From: Myxococcota bacterium
GTDB taxonomy: Bacteria; Myxococcota; UBA4151
NCBI GenBank assembly: GCA_040260805.1
Contig: JBDQPD010000004.1
Coordinates: forward strand, 1 to 64,000
DNA: 64,000 nucleotides
Direction of reading: 5' to 3'
Below, in pieces: positions 20,279-30,482 of the stretch. The translations under genes and the position numbers were made by a program. Each line of letters begins with the position of its first letter. The stretch's first letter is position 1. The notes below the pieces were generated by a model. It did no database searches. It saw nothing but the letters and a program-made list of their open reading frames with translations, and was not told the DNA's origin.

Positions 20279-21349
20279 TTAGACCGCTCGATTAAGCGCC
20301 CAACTGAAGAGCTGGGGCTTACGGATAAAGACCGAAAAGACACGCTTACGCAGCGTCGGTCGCTGGTGCAGTTGCAAGAGCAGATGGGTGAGCCGCCGCT
20401 TGCTGCTCAGCGTCCGCCAGAGCGCCGCTTCCAAGCCGGCAACTCGACCACCAGCGATCCCACTCTCAAGGGTCTGAGCTAAAATCCGTGCCTGCGCAAA
20501 GCCAGCGCTGAGCCCTTCGCCGCTGATGCCATCAAAGAAGGCTAAGGCGTCACCTACAAAACAGCCACTATCAAACGTCGCTCGACTCGCCGACACCGCC
20601 ATGCGGCCGATTCCACGACCACTACTCGCAGTTTCAGCGCCATCAAAACGACCCTTGAGACCATCAAAATGGTCAAGCCAACGCCACAAACGATCTTTAC
20701 CTTTCGGGACGTCAAAGCCCTCTCGCCAAAGTAGCGCTACGCCCAGCTCGTCTTCGGACACCGGGGTCAGGTAGGCTTCGCAGCCCATGCCCCAGTGGAC
20801 CTCTACAAAGGCGCTCGGCGGGCGGATACGAAGGTGCTGCCTCCAACCTAAACGATCAACGTTCATTGGCGGTTTCCCGGTCATTCCAAGCTGTTCTCGG
20901 AGCACCGAACGCGGGCCGTCGGCGACCACGACAAACTCCGCCTCAACGTGACCAAGAGCGGTGTCCAAACGCCACCCTTGATCCGTCTTCTTCATCTCTG
21001 AAACGCCGCAATTGGCATGCAGCTCGACCCCCGCATTGCAGGCATCGACGAGCGCTGAACTCAAGACGGTTCGACGCACGCCCAACGCAGGGTCCTCGCC
21101 AAAAACCCCCCGAAAGGAACCCACACGAGCGTCATGGTATTCGATCCCGTGAAGCGGCATGCCCTTGGGGGTGACCCCCAGCGCCTGAAGATGCTTTAAT
21201 CCGTCCGGTAAAATCCCCTCGCCGCACGCACGGTCTTGCGGCCAGTCCGCCCGCTCAAAGACGTGCACTTGTCGACCCACCTGACTCAAAGCTAAAGCGG
21301 CAGCGAGCCCCGCAGGCCCCCCACCGACCACTGCGATCTCGGTTTTCAT
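20279..21349 (-). CDS. FAD-dependent monooxygenase/oxidoreductase (SrsC/FtpE-like)
   Basis: VVGGGPAG, ACGEGI, VVADG, VGDA...DGISGEG; last gene of the PKS operon. Confidence 0.88.
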   Translation of the reverse strand: MKTEIAVVGGGPAGLAAALALSQVGRQVHVFERADWPQDRACGEGILPDGLKHLQALGVTPKGMPLHGIEYHDARVGSFRGVFGEDPALGVRRTVLSSALVDACNAGVELHANCGVSEMKKTDQGWRLDTALGHVEAEFVVVADGPRSVLREQLGMTGKPPMNVDRLGWRQHLRIRPPSAFVEVHWGMGCEAYLTPVSEDELGVALLWREGFDVPKGKDRLWRWLDHFDGLKGRFDGAETASSGRGIGRMAVSASRATFDSGCFVGDALAFFDGISGEGLSAGFAQARILAQTLESGIAGGRVAGLEAALWRTLSSKRRLTHLLLQLHQRPTLRKRVFSVFIRKPQLFSWALNRAV

Positions 21350-23061
21350 CGGCGACGCATCAGCAGCTTACGCCGCCCATCAAAGGTCTCTGCCAGTAGC
21401 CTCAGAACGCCAACCTTTTGAGGGGCATTGAGCAGCTGATCGAGCCAACGCCGCCGCGCCTCTTGGCGCCGAATTTTTCCTGACGACGTGCGCGGCAAAC
21501 TGCCAGCAGGGAGCACCTCGACAGCAGCCGGGTTGAGACCTGTGGCGCCGCGAACGGCTTGGCGCATCTGCACTAAGGTCTCCTCGCTCACCTCGCCATG
21601 AGCCTCGGCGAGTAAAACCACCGCTTCGCCCTCATCAACAGTAATCGCAAAGGCGGCGCTGCAGCCTGCTCTCAAGCCAGCGATCTCATGAACGGCTTGC
21701 TCGATAACCGCTGGGTCATGGTTTCGGCCGCGCAGGATGATCAGATCTTTGGCGCGACCGGTCAGATACAGCTCGCCTCGCCAAACGAAGCCTTCATCGC
21801 CGGTATCAAGCCAGCCATCAGCCATGATCTCTTGAGTCGCTTTGGGGTCGTCCAAATAGCCCTGCATCACGCCAGGACCCTGGACCCACACACGACCGAT
21901 CTGCCCCTCGCCAAGCGCTTTAGAGCCATCACAGATCTTGAGCTCATGTCCGGGAATTGGCTGCCCTAAGCTGACCCACTGATCACCAGAATCTAAAGGC
22001 TCAAATCGTCGTGTTTTCTCGACGCGCTCACGATCTCCAAAGACTCGACTAAAAGGCTTCTTCAGATCCGAGAATGTGACGGCAAGCGTCGCCTCAGCCA
22101 AGCCGTAAACAGGCGTCAGCGCTTGGCGCGGCAAGCCCACCTGCGCGAAGCGGTCGACGAAACGATCGAGAGTGGCAGGATGAACCGGCTCGGCGCCACA
22201 CAATGCGACCATCCAACGACTCAGGTCGAGCCCGCTCAAATCTTTGACGCGATCAGCGCACAATCCATAAGCAAAATTCGGAGCGACCGAGATGGTTGCC
22301 CCACTTTCGGAGAGCGCTTCAAGCCATAATCGAGGGCGCGCAATGAATCGCTCGGGCGGAAGTAAGGTCAGGGTACCCGGCGTAATCAAGGCAACGACCA
22401 AGGCGCCGATCAACCCCATGTCGTGATACAAAGGAAGCCAGCTCACCCCCGAATGCTCACGGGGATCGCCAGGAAAAGTGCTCATGATCGCCTCAGCGTT
22501 AGCGATCATATTGTAATGGCTCAAAGCCACCGGCTTGGGATCACCGGTGGTCCCTGAACTAAACTGAATGCAGGCGAGATCATCGGGGATCGGTACCGCA
22601 TCGAGTTGAGGGGGCTTCGAACCCAGTAGATCGCCAACTTTTAGCGCGCCAAGCGGGATCTCAGCGGCGGTCGTGGGATGCCCGACAAGGCCCAACAAGC
22701 GATGATCGGTCAACACCGCCTTCGCCGGAAGTCGGCGCAGCATCTGGGTCGTTCTTTGCTTCCACTCTGAGAGCAAACCTAAACGCACCGGAGGGTACAG
22801 CGCAGCAGGAATTGCGCCGGCAAAAAGGACCCCAAAGAAGGCGTCATAAAAGTCGATCGATGTCGGCAAAATGAGCGCCACTCGATCGCCCGGCACCACA
22901 CCGCGAGCCTGCAGTGAACCCGCGACCCGGCGCGCCCGCTCGAGGATGTCACGATAGGTGTACGAGACATGGGTCCCGGGTCGCTCTTGGAACCGTAGCT
23001 CGACATCTTGAAAACTCGCTGCACGACGCAGCGCATCGACTAAGGTCTCAGGCCTGTTCAT
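21346..23061 (-). CDS. Fatty acyl-AMP ligase (FtpD-like)
   Basis: QFSSGTTGDPK, SWLPLYHDMGLIG, PNFAY, YGLAEATLAV, GRAKDLIILRGRN, LPRTSSGKIRR. Confidence 0.93.
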   Translation of the reverse strand: MNRPETLVDALRRAASFQDVELRFQERPGTHVSYTYRDILERARRVAGSLQARGVVPGDRVALILPTSIDFYDAFFGVLFAGAIPAALYPPVRLGLLSEWKQRTTQMLRRLPAKAVLTDHRLLGLVGHPTTAAEIPLGALKVGDLLGSKPPQLDAVPIPDDLACIQFSSGTTGDPKPVALSHYNMIANAEAIMSTFPGDPREHSGVSWLPLYHDMGLIGALVVALITPGTLTLLPPERFIARPRLWLEALSESGATISVAPNFAYGLCADRVKDLSGLDLSRWMVALCGAEPVHPATLDRFVDRFAQVGLPRQALTPVYGLAEATLAVTFSDLKKPFSRVFGDRERVEKTRRFEPLDSGDQWVSLGQPIPGHELKICDGSKALGEGQIGRVWVQGPGVMQGYLDDPKATQEIMADGWLDTGDEGFVWRGELYLTGRAKDLIILRGRNHDPAVIEQAVHEIAGLRAGCSAAFAITVDEGEAVVLLAEAHGEVSEETLVQMRQAVRGATGLNPAAVEVLPAGSLPRTSSGKIRRQEARRRWLDQLLNAPQKVGVLRLLAETFDGRRKLLMRRR

Positions 23062-23299
23062 GGCGTTCCTTTAAGCGCTGCTCAACCAAGTCGATCAGCT
23101 CACGAACGGTTTGCGGCGGCTGATCGGGGGGTTCTTCAAGGCACAGGTCGAAGTGATTTTCGGTCTCGAGCGCAAGGGTGAGTAAGCCCATCGAATCCAA
23201 GCCGAGATCTTCTTGCAGACGAGCATCGAGCGTCACGTTGTCGGTCACACCGCAGTGTTCGGCTAAGATCGTACGCACCGCATCAAAACGTTCGCTCAT
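23048..23299 (-). CDS. Acyl carrier protein (FtpC-like)
   Basis: DLGLDSMG phosphopantetheine site; 83 aa, acidic. Confidence 0.93.
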   Translation of the reverse strand: MSERFDAVRTILAEHCGVTDNVTLDARLQEDLGLDSMGLLTLALETENHFDLCLEEPPDQPPQTVRELIDLVEQRLKERHEQA

Positions 23300-23805
23300 C
23301 CGCCGAGTGCCTCCTCTTCGACCGAGATGCGATGACGCAGCAGCAGTCCATTAGCTACGGTAAAGAAGACCGCAGTAAACCAGCCACCAAAGACCAATGG
23401 CAGCGCAAAAATCTCAAGCACCACGCCCAGATAGTTGGGGTGTCGAATCCATGTAAAAGCACCGCTGGTCACCAGCGGCTCATTAGGTAGGACCAATACG
23501 CGCGCCGTCCAGCGCTCGCCCAGCGATCGCATGGCGAGTAATCGAAGCGTTTGCCCAACGATCACGAGCACAAGCATACCGACCGCTAAGAACGGGTTGG
23601 GTAGACCGTGGCCACCAAAGACGGCTTCGCCAGCGCAGGAGACCAACCACAAGGTGTGCAACGCGACCATCACCGGAAAATGACCGGCGCCAACCTCTTG
23701 AGCCCCCCGCGCGCGCAGAGCTTTTTCATGGCGCCGCGACCGAGCGGTTTCGGCTAAACGCTGGACCGCCACTAAACCGACAAGCGCAAGATAACACCCA
23801 AGCAT
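23296..23805 (-). CDS. Isoprenylcysteine carboxyl methyltransferase-family protein (SrsB/BpsB-like)
   Basis: QRLAE, GAQEVGAGHFPVMVALH, LGERW, IRHPNY, RISVEEEAL. Confidence 0.92.
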   Translation of the reverse strand: MLGCYLALVGLVAVQRLAETARSRRHEKALRARGAQEVGAGHFPVMVALHTLWLVSCAGEAVFGGHGLPNPFLAVGMLVLVIVGQTLRLLAMRSLGERWTARVLVLPNEPLVTSGAFTWIRHPNYLGVVLEIFALPLVFGGWFTAVFFTVANGLLLRHRISVEEEALGG

Positions 23806-23808
23806 AAG

Positions 23809-24870
23809 CTACCTCGCCTCAAGCACGCAGAGCTCAGCACAAAAGGCGGGACCAAACGCAAAGAGTAACCCTTTTGAGCCCGACTCAAAGCCGGCCGATA
23901 TCGCATCGGCGAGGACAAAGAGCACCGAGGTGCTGCTCATGTTGCCAAAGCGCGCAAGGCTGTCCCAACTCCGAGCAAAGTCGTCATCGGTAAGACCCAA
24001 CGCCGCCGCAGCGCTTCGAAGCACCTTGGGTCCGCCGGGGTGCCCAACAAAGAAACTCAAATCGCTGCGCGTCAGACCATCTTGTTCCAAAATGGCGTCG
24101 AGCGCTCCAGGCATCTCATGGGCGACCACCTCGGCGACCGTGGGGGCGAGCACGACCTTAAAGCCTGAGCTGACCACATCCCAGCCCATGATGCGCTCCG
24201 TCTCGGGGATAAAGTGTGACCGGCTGGCGCGCACGGCGACCGGAGCTTTCGTGGCGAGGGGGTGCTCGTCACCGACCATCACCACAGCGGCTCCGCCATC
24301 TCCAAACAAGCCCGAAGCGACAATGTTGGCGACACTCAGATCTTCTTTTTGAAGGGTTAAACTGCACAGCTCAACCGAGACAAAGACGGCTGCCGCCTTA
24401 GGATGCCCTTTGAGAAAGTCAGAGACTCGGTTGATCCCAGCGGCGCCGGCTAAACAGCCCAAACCAAACAAAGGCATGCGCCGAGTCGTCTGGGCAAAGG
24501 GTAGCTGATTCATGAGACGCGCATCAAGGCTCGGTACCGCCACCCCAGTGACCGTCGTGCTGGCGATCAAGTCCACCTGATCAGCGGGCAACCCCGCTTG
24601 ATCCAGCGCCCCTTGCACCGCTCGAGTAGCCAGCGGAACCGCAACCTCGATCCAGGCATCATTGTGGTCACCAAAGCCCTCGAGCGCGTCATAACGCTCA
24701 ATCGGCAAGGCGAGGTGGCGACCACCGACTAAGACGTTGCGTTGAAACTTAGCGATGCGCTCAGGGTTGGCGTAACGCGTCCCCCATCGCTCCATGAGCG
24801 CTTCGATCAGCTGGTCTTGACCGTAAAAGTGATCGGGAAGGGCGGTCTGAACTGAGATGATATGAGGCAT
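23809..24870 (-). CDS. Type III polyketide synthase (SrsA/FtpA-like)
   Basis: Catalytic triad motifs GLGC, HPGGPKVL and GNMSS; VELCSL, LFGDG. Confidence 0.95.
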   Translation of the reverse strand: MPHIISVQTALPDHFYGQDQLIEALMERWGTRYANPERIAKFQRNVLVGGRHLALPIERYDALEGFGDHNDAWIEVAVPLATRAVQGALDQAGLPADQVDLIASTTVTGVAVPSLDARLMNQLPFAQTTRRMPLFGLGCLAGAAGINRVSDFLKGHPKAAAVFVSVELCSLTLQKEDLSVANIVASGLFGDGGAAVVMVGDEHPLATKAPVAVRASRSHFIPETERIMGWDVVSSGFKVVLAPTVAEVVAHEMPGALDAILEQDGLTRSDLSFFVGHPGGPKVLRSAAAALGLTDDDFARSWDSLARFGNMSSTSVLFVLADAISAGFESGSKGLLFAFGPAFCAELCVLEAR

Positions 24871-24904
24871 GATGGCGCGAGTCTGACCTTTGAAATATCC
24901 CCGG

Positions 24905-26029
24905 TCAATCGGTTCCGGTTTGAATCAGATACTTCTTCATGTTGCGACTGTAGACCTGTCGCCAATCCTGCTGATCACGAACTAGAAAGAGCGCTTCAAG
25001 ATCAGGATCTGAATCCACGAACTTCAGGCCCTTTTCATCGCCCATCACCATCAGCGCAGTGGCATAGGCATCTGCGGTGGCGCAGTCTTTGGCGATCACC
25101 GTTACACTAGCCAGTCGATGGACTACCGGCTCACCATTACGCGGATCAACGATGTGCTGCACACGCCGGCCGTTCTCGATTCGAAACTGACGATAATCCC
25201 CGCTCGTCGCCATCGCCGAATCAGCGAGCTTGACGATCGCAGCAAAACGCTTGCCGGGCTCGACTCCATCGACCGGAGCATCGACGGCGAGCTTCCAGGC
25301 TCCGCCTTGGGCTCGCTCGCCCCAGGCGACCACTTCTCCACCAATTTCGACCATGCCGTGTTGAGCGCCGGCTGTTTTCAGGATTCCAGCGACACGGTCG
25401 ACGGCATAGCCTTTGGCGATTGCGCTGAGGTCCAAACGCATACCGGCGTCCGCTTTGATCAACTCGCCCGGTTTCCCCCAGCGCAGCTTGGTGTAGCCAA
25501 CCAGCCTTCGAGCGGCGGTCAACTCCTCAGGCTTAGGCAGGGTTGTACGAGCTTTGGCACCAAAGCCCCATAAGCCGATCAGCGGACCCACCGTGGGGTC
25601 AAAGGCGCCTTGAGTGTGCTTGGCGATCTCGAAGCTTCGCTTGATCACCTCGATGCTTCGCTCACCCCAAACAAAGGGCTCGGCAGCGGCTTGGTTGAAC
25701 GTTGAAATCGAGCTATCCTTTTGCCACGTCGACATGCCTTGATTGATCGCCTTGAACTCGGCTTTGACGGCCGCCAGCAGCTGAGTTTCATCCAGCCCTG
25801 CGCCGCGCGCCTTGGCGGACCATGTCGTGCCAAAGACTCGCCCAGCAAGCTCGACACCCTGAACGCCTGTCGCTGGGCTGGGTTGAGGTGCTGCTTGAGC
25901 GGCAGGCTGAGCAGCGGGCTCGCTCTGGGTTGAGCATGCGCTGATCAGTAACGCCACGCCGAGGCAGGGTATCAAACGGTGATGAGGGCTAGTACAAAAC
26001 CAGCGAACAGGCCTAAAAAGAGGTAGCAT
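24905..26029 (-). CDS. apbE: FAD:protein FMN transferase ApbE (lipoprotein)
   Basis: Lipobox ISA-C, GAFDPTVGPL, DLSAIAKGYAVD, VEIGGE, ATSGDYR, HIVDPR, ADAYATALMV; start uncertain. Confidence 0.95.
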   Translation of the reverse strand: MLPLFRPVRWFCTSPHHRLIPCLGVALLISACSTQSEPAAQPAAQAAPQPSPATGVQGVELAGRVFGTTWSAKARGAGLDETQLLAAVKAEFKAINQGMSTWQKDSSISTFNQAAAEPFVWGERSIEVIKRSFEIAKHTQGAFDPTVGPLIGLWGFGAKARTTLPKPEELTAARRLVGYTKLRWGKPGELIKADAGMRLDLSAIAKGYAVDRVAGILKTAGAQHGMVEIGGEVVAWGERAQGGAWKLAVDAPVDGVEPGKRFAAIVKLADSAMATSGDYRQFRIENGRRVQHIVDPRNGEPVVHRLASVTVIAKDCATADAYATALMVMGDEKGLKFVDSDPDLEALFLVRDQQDWRQVYSRNMKKYLIQTGTD

Positions 26030-26076
26030 ACATTTTCTCCCATCGTGCACCGAGCACGCAAGCCAAGGACCCCATT

Positions 26077-28830
26077 GTGACCCTAAGAATCACTTTACTG
26101 ATCGGACTTTTGGGTAGTGCCTGCAGCGAGCGATTGCCGCAAGCACCCGACGGCTGTGAAGGGGTTCAATGTGGCTGCCAAGAACACACGGACTGCCCCA
26201 TTGAGACCCCTGAATGCTGGGCTGGGCTGTGCAGAGAGAGCGACTCTACCGAGGTCGCTTGGGCTCATCGCGACATCATCTTGCCCGCTTCGGCGGACGC
26301 ACCGGATTCGGATCTGCATGCCGTGGATTTGGCTCGAGCGATCGACCTATCGAAGGACTCGCTAATCGACGGTCTGTTGAGCGAACAACCGATAACTAAC
26401 TGGAGATTGTACGCCAACGACGACGGAGACCGACTCGCTGTCCATGTCGGCGGTTTGATCATGGTCCGGCCCGCCCTAAACAAGCCACGGATCTGGCAAC
26501 CCACGTCGAGAAAACTGACGAATAACGGACCCGGTGTTCATCCGGACCTGCGCGCGATCGCTGGCTACGAGTCGCTCAAACAAACTGTTCTAAGCGCCTC
26601 AAGAAACGGCCTGTTGGCGTCGAGCAGCCCCGTGCGGCTTTTGAACACGTCGGAACACCGAGTGATCCTTGGCAAACCCTTGCACCGAATGATCGTTGAT
26701 CTGATGGGACCCGTCGTACCAGGAAGACCGACTGGCTCGTTGTCGATCGCCTCGCTCTCGAAGCTGATGCAGCGAGGCCACGCGCTGCCCCATCCCCGAA
26801 GTCTAGGGCCTAGTTTTCCCAGCCGGACCCGGCCTGAGTTGATCATCGGTCGAAACTATCGATTTTCGCTCGAGGCCGCTGCGGACCTGCGCATCGAAGA
26901 GCTGCTCAAATTGTCCAACGCCAGCGTCCAGGATCTGATGAGTTGTGACGAGCTACGCGCTGCACATATCACCATCTCGATAGACGGTGGTGCGCCGCAA
27001 AGCTGGAGCCGCCAGGACGACCCGTTCATTCGCTCGCTCGAGGCCGGCGAGCACACATTGAGTTTACGCTACCCAAGTAAAGTCCAGAACTGTCCAAACC
27101 TTGAGAACAACTCGAGCCTCATGCGTTGGGCTCGACTCACCCTGAAGTCAGACCGAGAGATCGAGCTGATCTCCTGGTCACCCGTGACCCCTCTTCCCAT
27201 CGACAACAACGCGCGCCCCGTGCTGTACCGCGAGGACGCGGGTTTGTTGAGAGATAAAGACGGCGACAACTGGCCTGATGCGAGCGATCTTTGTCCTCAA
27301 GATCCTGATCAACAAAGGGATGGCGACCAAAATGGAATTGGGGATGCATGCGATGGGTTTTATTCGGCTCGAGCCGAAGAAGATCAGCTCACTGCGGTCA
27401 ACCGAAACGGTGATGAGCTCGGCACCCAGTCGCTCCCAAACTTCAATCCCCTCTTGAGCTTTCAAACGGCGCTGACCTCCCCTCAAACCGAGATCACCTA
27501 TCCTGATTCTGATGAGATCAACGCCAACGCGGTGACCGGCGCAGTCATTTTCCAGACCAGCTCGGATGAGGACGTTTATCAGTGGAACCCAGACCAAGAG
27601 CCCCAGGCGCTCGGAATTGTTCCCATCGTCCCTGGCAATACCCCAACACAGCTCATGCAAATCCAGTCGAACCAACGCTACGCTGCGATGCATTTTCGGT
27701 TGCTTGGGAGTCTGACCCAGCTCGACATTCAAACGATTGTCATGAAAAATACGATTGCGAACCATGAGGACTCGGACAAGCGGCAGGTCACGACGCGCTA
27801 CGTGTACAGCGGCTGGGAGCCAGCGTTCGCGGTCGCCGACCCTAGCGAGCCGTTGTTGTTGGTCTCGGACCAAGAGATCGGACATGCAGCGTTCAGCGCC
27901 ATGCGCGTCTTTCCGGCCGCGCTGATACGGTTCCCCAGCCTCTTGCTGGCGCCGGCGATGACCCAATGCCAAGCGGATAACGACTGTCTTGTGCGAGGAA
28001 GCCACCTCACAGAAAACGGCGTCGACATTGCACGCACATGCGTCAGAAACCGCTGCGTCAGCGACAGCACAAGCGGTCGCTGTGTTCGCGAAGCTCAGCC
28101 GACGAGTTCAACCCTGAACGCTTGTCGTCCGGAACAAAGCGGCACCTGCATCACCGGTGATTGCGACGACAACAACGCGAGCTGCTCGGCTGGCTTGTGC
28201 TGGCGGCCAGCCAACAACGAATGCGCTCAAGGCGAGACCTGCCTCCCGAGCAACCTCTCGCGCAGCACCGCTAGCTCCTATTTTATGGGACTCATGCCTC
28301 GAGGCGTCGCCGGGCTTTTTGAGGGCGGCTACTTTAGTCCATTGAGCTATGCGCTCGCTCGAGATCTCGGCCTCGCCCTAGCGGCAAAGCAACTCGGCGT
28401 GGTCCAAGCCTTACCGATGGACCGTGAAGCGCCCGTTGCGCTCACCGCGTGCCCGAAAGAGTGGCTCGATGGCAGGCTGACCGCTTACTTTACCCAAGAA
28501 GAGCAACGCAGCTTACTGCGCAGGGTGCTCGACCCGAACGTACGCGCTCAGGACCTCTTTGAAATCGCCGAGGTCGACCAGGCTTGGGTGTTGCAACCCG
28601 GTGACGATCCGCCGAGCTCGATTTGTCGACCCATTCGTTCGACATGGCGCGGTTATTTCCCCTCACAGCTTGCCCCTCAAACAGCAGAGTTTGTGGACAT
28701 CGACAAAGATGGGATTAATGAATTTCGAGTCGGCTTTTCAGTCTTGGAGCGCTCGCCGAGCGCCGAGCCTGCGGTCTACCGCTGTTTCGACTTTAATGGT
28801 GATCACCAAGCGACCAATTGCACCCCTTAG
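26077..28830 (+). CDS. Large Cys-rich lipoprotein with thrombospondin type 3-like Ca-binding repeat (paralog A)
   Basis: Lipobox LGSA-C; DKDGDNWPDASDLCPQDPDQQRDGDQNGIGDACD; colinear with 30483..33542. Confidence 0.8.
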   Translation: MTLRITLLIGLLGSACSERLPQAPDGCEGVQCGCQEHTDCPIETPECWAGLCRESDSTEVAWAHRDIILPASADAPDSDLHAVDLARAIDLSKDSLIDGLLSEQPITNWRLYANDDGDRLAVHVGGLIMVRPALNKPRIWQPTSRKLTNNGPGVHPDLRAIAGYESLKQTVLSASRNGLLASSSPVRLLNTSEHRVILGKPLHRMIVDLMGPVVPGRPTGSLSIASLSKLMQRGHALPHPRSLGPSFPSRTRPELIIGRNYRFSLEAAADLRIEELLKLSNASVQDLMSCDELRAAHITISIDGGAPQSWSRQDDPFIRSLEAGEHTLSLRYPSKVQNCPNLENNSSLMRWARLTLKSDREIELISWSPVTPLPIDNNARPVLYREDAGLLRDKDGDNWPDASDLCPQDPDQQRDGDQNGIGDACDGFYSARAEEDQLTAVNRNGDELGTQSLPNFNPLLSFQTALTSPQTEITYPDSDEINANAVTGAVIFQTSSDEDVYQWNPDQEPQALGIVPIVPGNTPTQLMQIQSNQRYAAMHFRLLGSLTQLDIQTIVMKNTIANHEDSDKRQVTTRYVYSGWEPAFAVADPSEPLLLVSDQEIGHAAFSAMRVFPAALIRFPSLLLAPAMTQCQADNDCLVRGSHLTENGVDIARTCVRNRCVSDSTSGRCVREAQPTSSTLNACRPEQSGTCITGDCDDNNASCSAGLCWRPANNECAQGETCLPSNLSRSTASSYFMGLMPRGVAGLFEGGYFSPLSYALARDLGLALAAKQLGVVQALPMDREAPVALTACPKEWLDGRLTAYFTQEEQRSLLRRVLDPNVRAQDLFEIAEVDQAWVLQPGDDPPSSICRPIRSTWRGYFPSQLAPQTAEFVDIDKDGINEFRVGFSVLERSPSAEPAVYRCFDFNGDHQATNCTP

Positions 28831-30353
28831 AGGTGATGACGGTCGGGTACCAGCACGCCGAGTTCAAGCAGTCCGGCAAACACCTCATCGTTCGGTGGCG
28901 TCTGGTTCATATCCTCTAACCAATCGGCGCTGACTTCATCCAAGCTAAAGACCTGCACTTCATCAGTGCCATCGCGCACCACCAACACGCTGCTCGCTTG
29001 AGCGACTAAACCCCCGCCATCGAGCGCCACCAAGAGATCAACTGGGGCACGCACCAATTCGTGCCCAGTGCCTAGCCGCCAGGATACATCAAGAGAAACA
29101 GGCACTAAACTCTTCGCCTCAAGGTCGGCTTTGGGTGGGTCAGCAAGCGCCGCTTCAAGACGCGCTAAACCCGCCAGGTCGGCTTGACCGGCACGCTCAA
29201 GAGTAGCGGCGAAGCGGCGCGCCAAATGCAAGCGCTCAAGCTGATCACCCGAGACAAAGCGGTCCACCCAATGCGCGCCACCTTGGGCTAAGGTCTGCGG
29301 CACGCAGGACTCCAGCCCATCGCGAATTTGAAGACGACTCAGACCGTATTCGACCGTTAGCGGGTAGCCGCAGGCAAACACGCGACTCGGCTGAGGCAGA
29401 ACCCATTCGTCATGAAGCGCCTCATAGACCGAGATCGCCTCTTCAACAGGGGCACCCGAAGCGAGCTGATCAACAACATCAAGCAGGGACTGGGCGACGT
29501 CACCTTCGGCTTCGGTCCAAATCATCAGCAAACGCCAAGCGAGGTCTTGAGCAACGCAGGTCGATGCATCGAGTACCGACTCGACATCACGACCCTCGAG
29601 CAAGTCTTGAGTCAACGCTTCGATCCGCTGAGAGAACGCATCGAGCGTTGAAGTCGTCGGCGGAAAGCGTTCCATCAACAGATGAAATGCTCGGCTGTTG
29701 AGTCGCGGTTGGTGCGATGCAGCGTAAGCCAAACCATCGCTCGCTAAATCGAGCGTGGCGTAGCGTCTTGGATGCAGCCGCCCCGCCTCGATACTGAGCC
29801 GAACCCCTTCGAGTTGGGAACGTACAAAATCGTGCCCTCGCTCCCACCAAGAAGCGTCAAACTCAACCGGATCTCCAGCTGCTCGCTCGCAATCCGGACA
29901 GTAGGCGCCAAAAAGTGGTCCTTGTCCTCGATGCAAGGGACAACGTCTCAGGTCTGCTTCATCAAAAAAGTACCAAAGCGCCACCGGCAGAATTTCAGCC
30001 TGCCAGCCCGCTAGGGCATGAAAGAACGGCGAGGCGCCGGGCGCCCAGGCAAACCCTTGAATGCCATGCATCCACTCGTGCGCAGTCCATTTGGCGCGAT
30101 GACTCGGGTGGTAACTTCCGACCCACAGATCATGGCGGTAGCTTTGGTATTTCGACTCCGGGAGCTGCCCGTTGCTCCAGCCTTGGACTCGTCCAAGGTC
30201 CGCTCGGGCTTCAGGCAACCAAGCGGCTGGTAGAGGCAGCGTCTCTCGATACTCAAAATGCGCCATCGGTAAGCCATATCGCTGCGCCTGCCGCTCAACC
30301 CAAGCGGCTGCTCGGCTTCGGCTCGACTCAGCGTTTGGTGGTTGCCAGTCCAT
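28827..30353 (-). CDS. Hypothetical protein: HExxH/CxxC domain + C-terminal DUF2063/HvfC-like domain
   Basis: HEWMH, CPLH...CPDC; C-terminus with LESCVPQTL, RFAATL, GLARLEAAL, LVVR, LLELGVL; start uncertain (30353-30383). Confidence 0.7.
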   Translation of the reverse strand: MDWQPPNAESSRSRAAAWVERQAQRYGLPMAHFEYRETLPLPAAWLPEARADLGRVQGWSNGQLPESKYQSYRHDLWVGSYHPSHRAKWTAHEWMHGIQGFAWAPGASPFFHALAGWQAEILPVALWYFFDEADLRRCPLHRGQGPLFGAYCPDCERAAGDPVEFDASWWERGHDFVRSQLEGVRLSIEAGRLHPRRYATLDLASDGLAYAASHQPRLNSRAFHLLMERFPPTTSTLDAFSQRIEALTQDLLEGRDVESVLDASTCVAQDLAWRLLMIWTEAEGDVAQSLLDVVDQLASGAPVEEAISVYEALHDEWVLPQPSRVFACGYPLTVEYGLSRLQIRDGLESCVPQTLAQGGAHWVDRFVSGDQLERLHLARRFAATLERAGQADLAGLARLEAALADPPKADLEAKSLVPVSLDVSWRLGTGHELVRAPVDLLVALDGGGLVAQASSVLVVRDGTDEVQVFSLDEVSADWLEDMNQTPPNDEVFAGLLELGVLVPDRHHL

Positions 30354-30482
30354 AATCATGACCCCAGTAGCCCAAAGCTGCATATCCTAGGCCGTCAAAA
30401 CAGGAAATGCACGGTTTCGGTAGACAAGCGACGACCAAAACGTGAGCGGGTCATTAGGATGACTTCAAACGGCGCAAGCATC

